Of a DNA stretch of 64,000 nt, positions 63,308-64,000 are shown one piece after another. Every line of letters starts with the position of its first letter. Positions within the stretch are counted from its first letter, which is position 1. The DNA is from a virus (lineage: Duplodnaviria; Caudoviricetes), in IMG/VR virus record IMGVR_UViG_2524614847_000004, positions 32,001 through 96,000 of that record; one strand, 5' to 3'. The notes beneath the pieces are model-generated. The model was given only the letters and a program-made list of their open reading frames with translations. It did no database searches and was not told the origin of the DNA. A program made the position numbers and the translations under genes.

Positions 63308-63937
63308 ATGAAAAGGTTATTAGTTTTATTAATGACAGCTACTATTGCTATTTGCAGCACATTTGTTTCTTTTGCAGGAGAATGGAAACAGAACGATAAA
63401 GGTTGGTGGTATCAGAACGACGACGGAAGTTATGTAACATCTTCATGGAAGGAAATTGATGGGAAACAATATTATTTTGGATGGCATGGTTATATGTTGC
63501 ATGATACGACTACACCAGATGGGTACTATGTTGGATCAGATGGGGCGTGGATCCCAGACGGAGAAATCTTGAATTCTGAGGCGGTGAATCCTTTGGGTGA
63601 TAAGGATTTAGCAATTCAGACATTAGCAAATTTAATGATTACATTAAAAGACCCCAATTCCCTAGAGGTAAACAAAATATATTGTCAAACAATCGTTGGT
63701 GGAGCGGGTGCGATATTGAGGCAGGTTGTTATTAGATACTCGGCTACAAATACTTATGGTGGAAGAGTTGCAGATTATTATTCTGCATGGGCAAGTCCAA
63801 AAGATGGAAGTTTGGTATTAGATAGTGGTTTTAGGAAGGTTACACAGGAAATCTTAAATTCTGCGTTTGATAAAACCGAGTTAAACATTGATGAAATCTT
63901 ACCTGCGGCACAACAGTTGGCTAACAGTTGGTATTAA
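63308..63937 (+). CDS. Secreted protein with cell-wall-binding repeats (moron or intron cargo)
   Basis: Signal peptide; WWYQNDDGSY/WKEIDGKQYYF repeats; C-terminal LKDP...ATNTYGG domain; own promoter 63243-63276. Confidence 0.8.
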   Translation: MKRLLVLLMTATIAICSTFVSFAGEWKQNDKGWWYQNDDGSYVTSSWKEIDGKQYYFGWHGYMLHDTTTPDGYYVGSDGAWIPDGEILNSEAVNPLGDKDLAIQTLANLMITLKDPNSLEVNKIYCQTIVGGAGAILRQVVIRYSATNTYGGRVADYYSAWASPKDGSLVLDSGFRKVTQEILNSAFDKTELNIDEILPAAQQLANSWY

Positions 63938-63952
63938 TATTAAGTGCAGTTT

Positions 63953-63982
63953 AAAGAGTCTGAACATATCAGACTCTTTTTA
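63953..63982 (+). terminator. Intrinsic terminator
   Basis: AAAGAGTCTGA-ACATA-TCAGACTCTTT followed by T residues. Confidence 0.8.
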
Positions 63983-64000
63983 TGTGTGATAATTTTTGTT

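Larger units (their letters stand above)
1..64000. mobile_element. SPbeta-like large temperate phage/prophage (partial; no attachment site seen)
   Basis: YonO-like RNAP followed by metallophosphoesterase, HU, terminase, portal, capsid, tail, integrase and tape measure in SPbeta-like order; divergent arm of small ORFs. Confidence 0.9.

Noticed and set aside
1-64000. Arbitrium (aimR/aimP), reverse transcriptase/DGR, cas genes, att sites
   Set aside because: No TPR receptor-peptide pair, RT motif, cas gene or host-phage junction was recognisable in this window.

Overview
A 64-kb segment of a large, low-GC temperate phage or prophage with SPbeta-like organisation. The host is probably a Lachnospiraceae/Clostridia species, inferred from the style of the cell-wall-binding repeats. 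The left arm (about 0.4-29.8 kb, minus strand) is an accessory/early region of many short ORFs. It includes two tyrosine recombinases, an inactive recombinase-fold (MrpR/YopR-like) protein, a MazF-like toxin, an AcrIC5-like anti-CRISPR, methyltransferases, and twister and hammerhead ribozymes. A divergent non-coding control region (27.4-32.5 kb) separates it from the right arm (plus strand). The right arm carries a YonO-like single-subunit RNA polymerase, a large structured ncRNA candidate, an unusual tRNA-Trp, head/tail/lysis genes, a third recombinase and the 5' part of a tape-measure gene. Three observations stand out. (1) About 30 copies of a 16-bp palindromic site (TRAAA-N6-TTTYA) sit at gene junctions of the left arm, often in exact register with stop codons, suggesting an integron-like cassette array. 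(2) A complete group I ribozyme core follows the stop codon of the truncated tape-measure gene and appears to carry a non-endonuclease cargo gene. (3) Several morons are flanked by inverted repeats that could disable their own terminator in read-through transcripts. All calls were made by eye; no database searches or folding programs were run.
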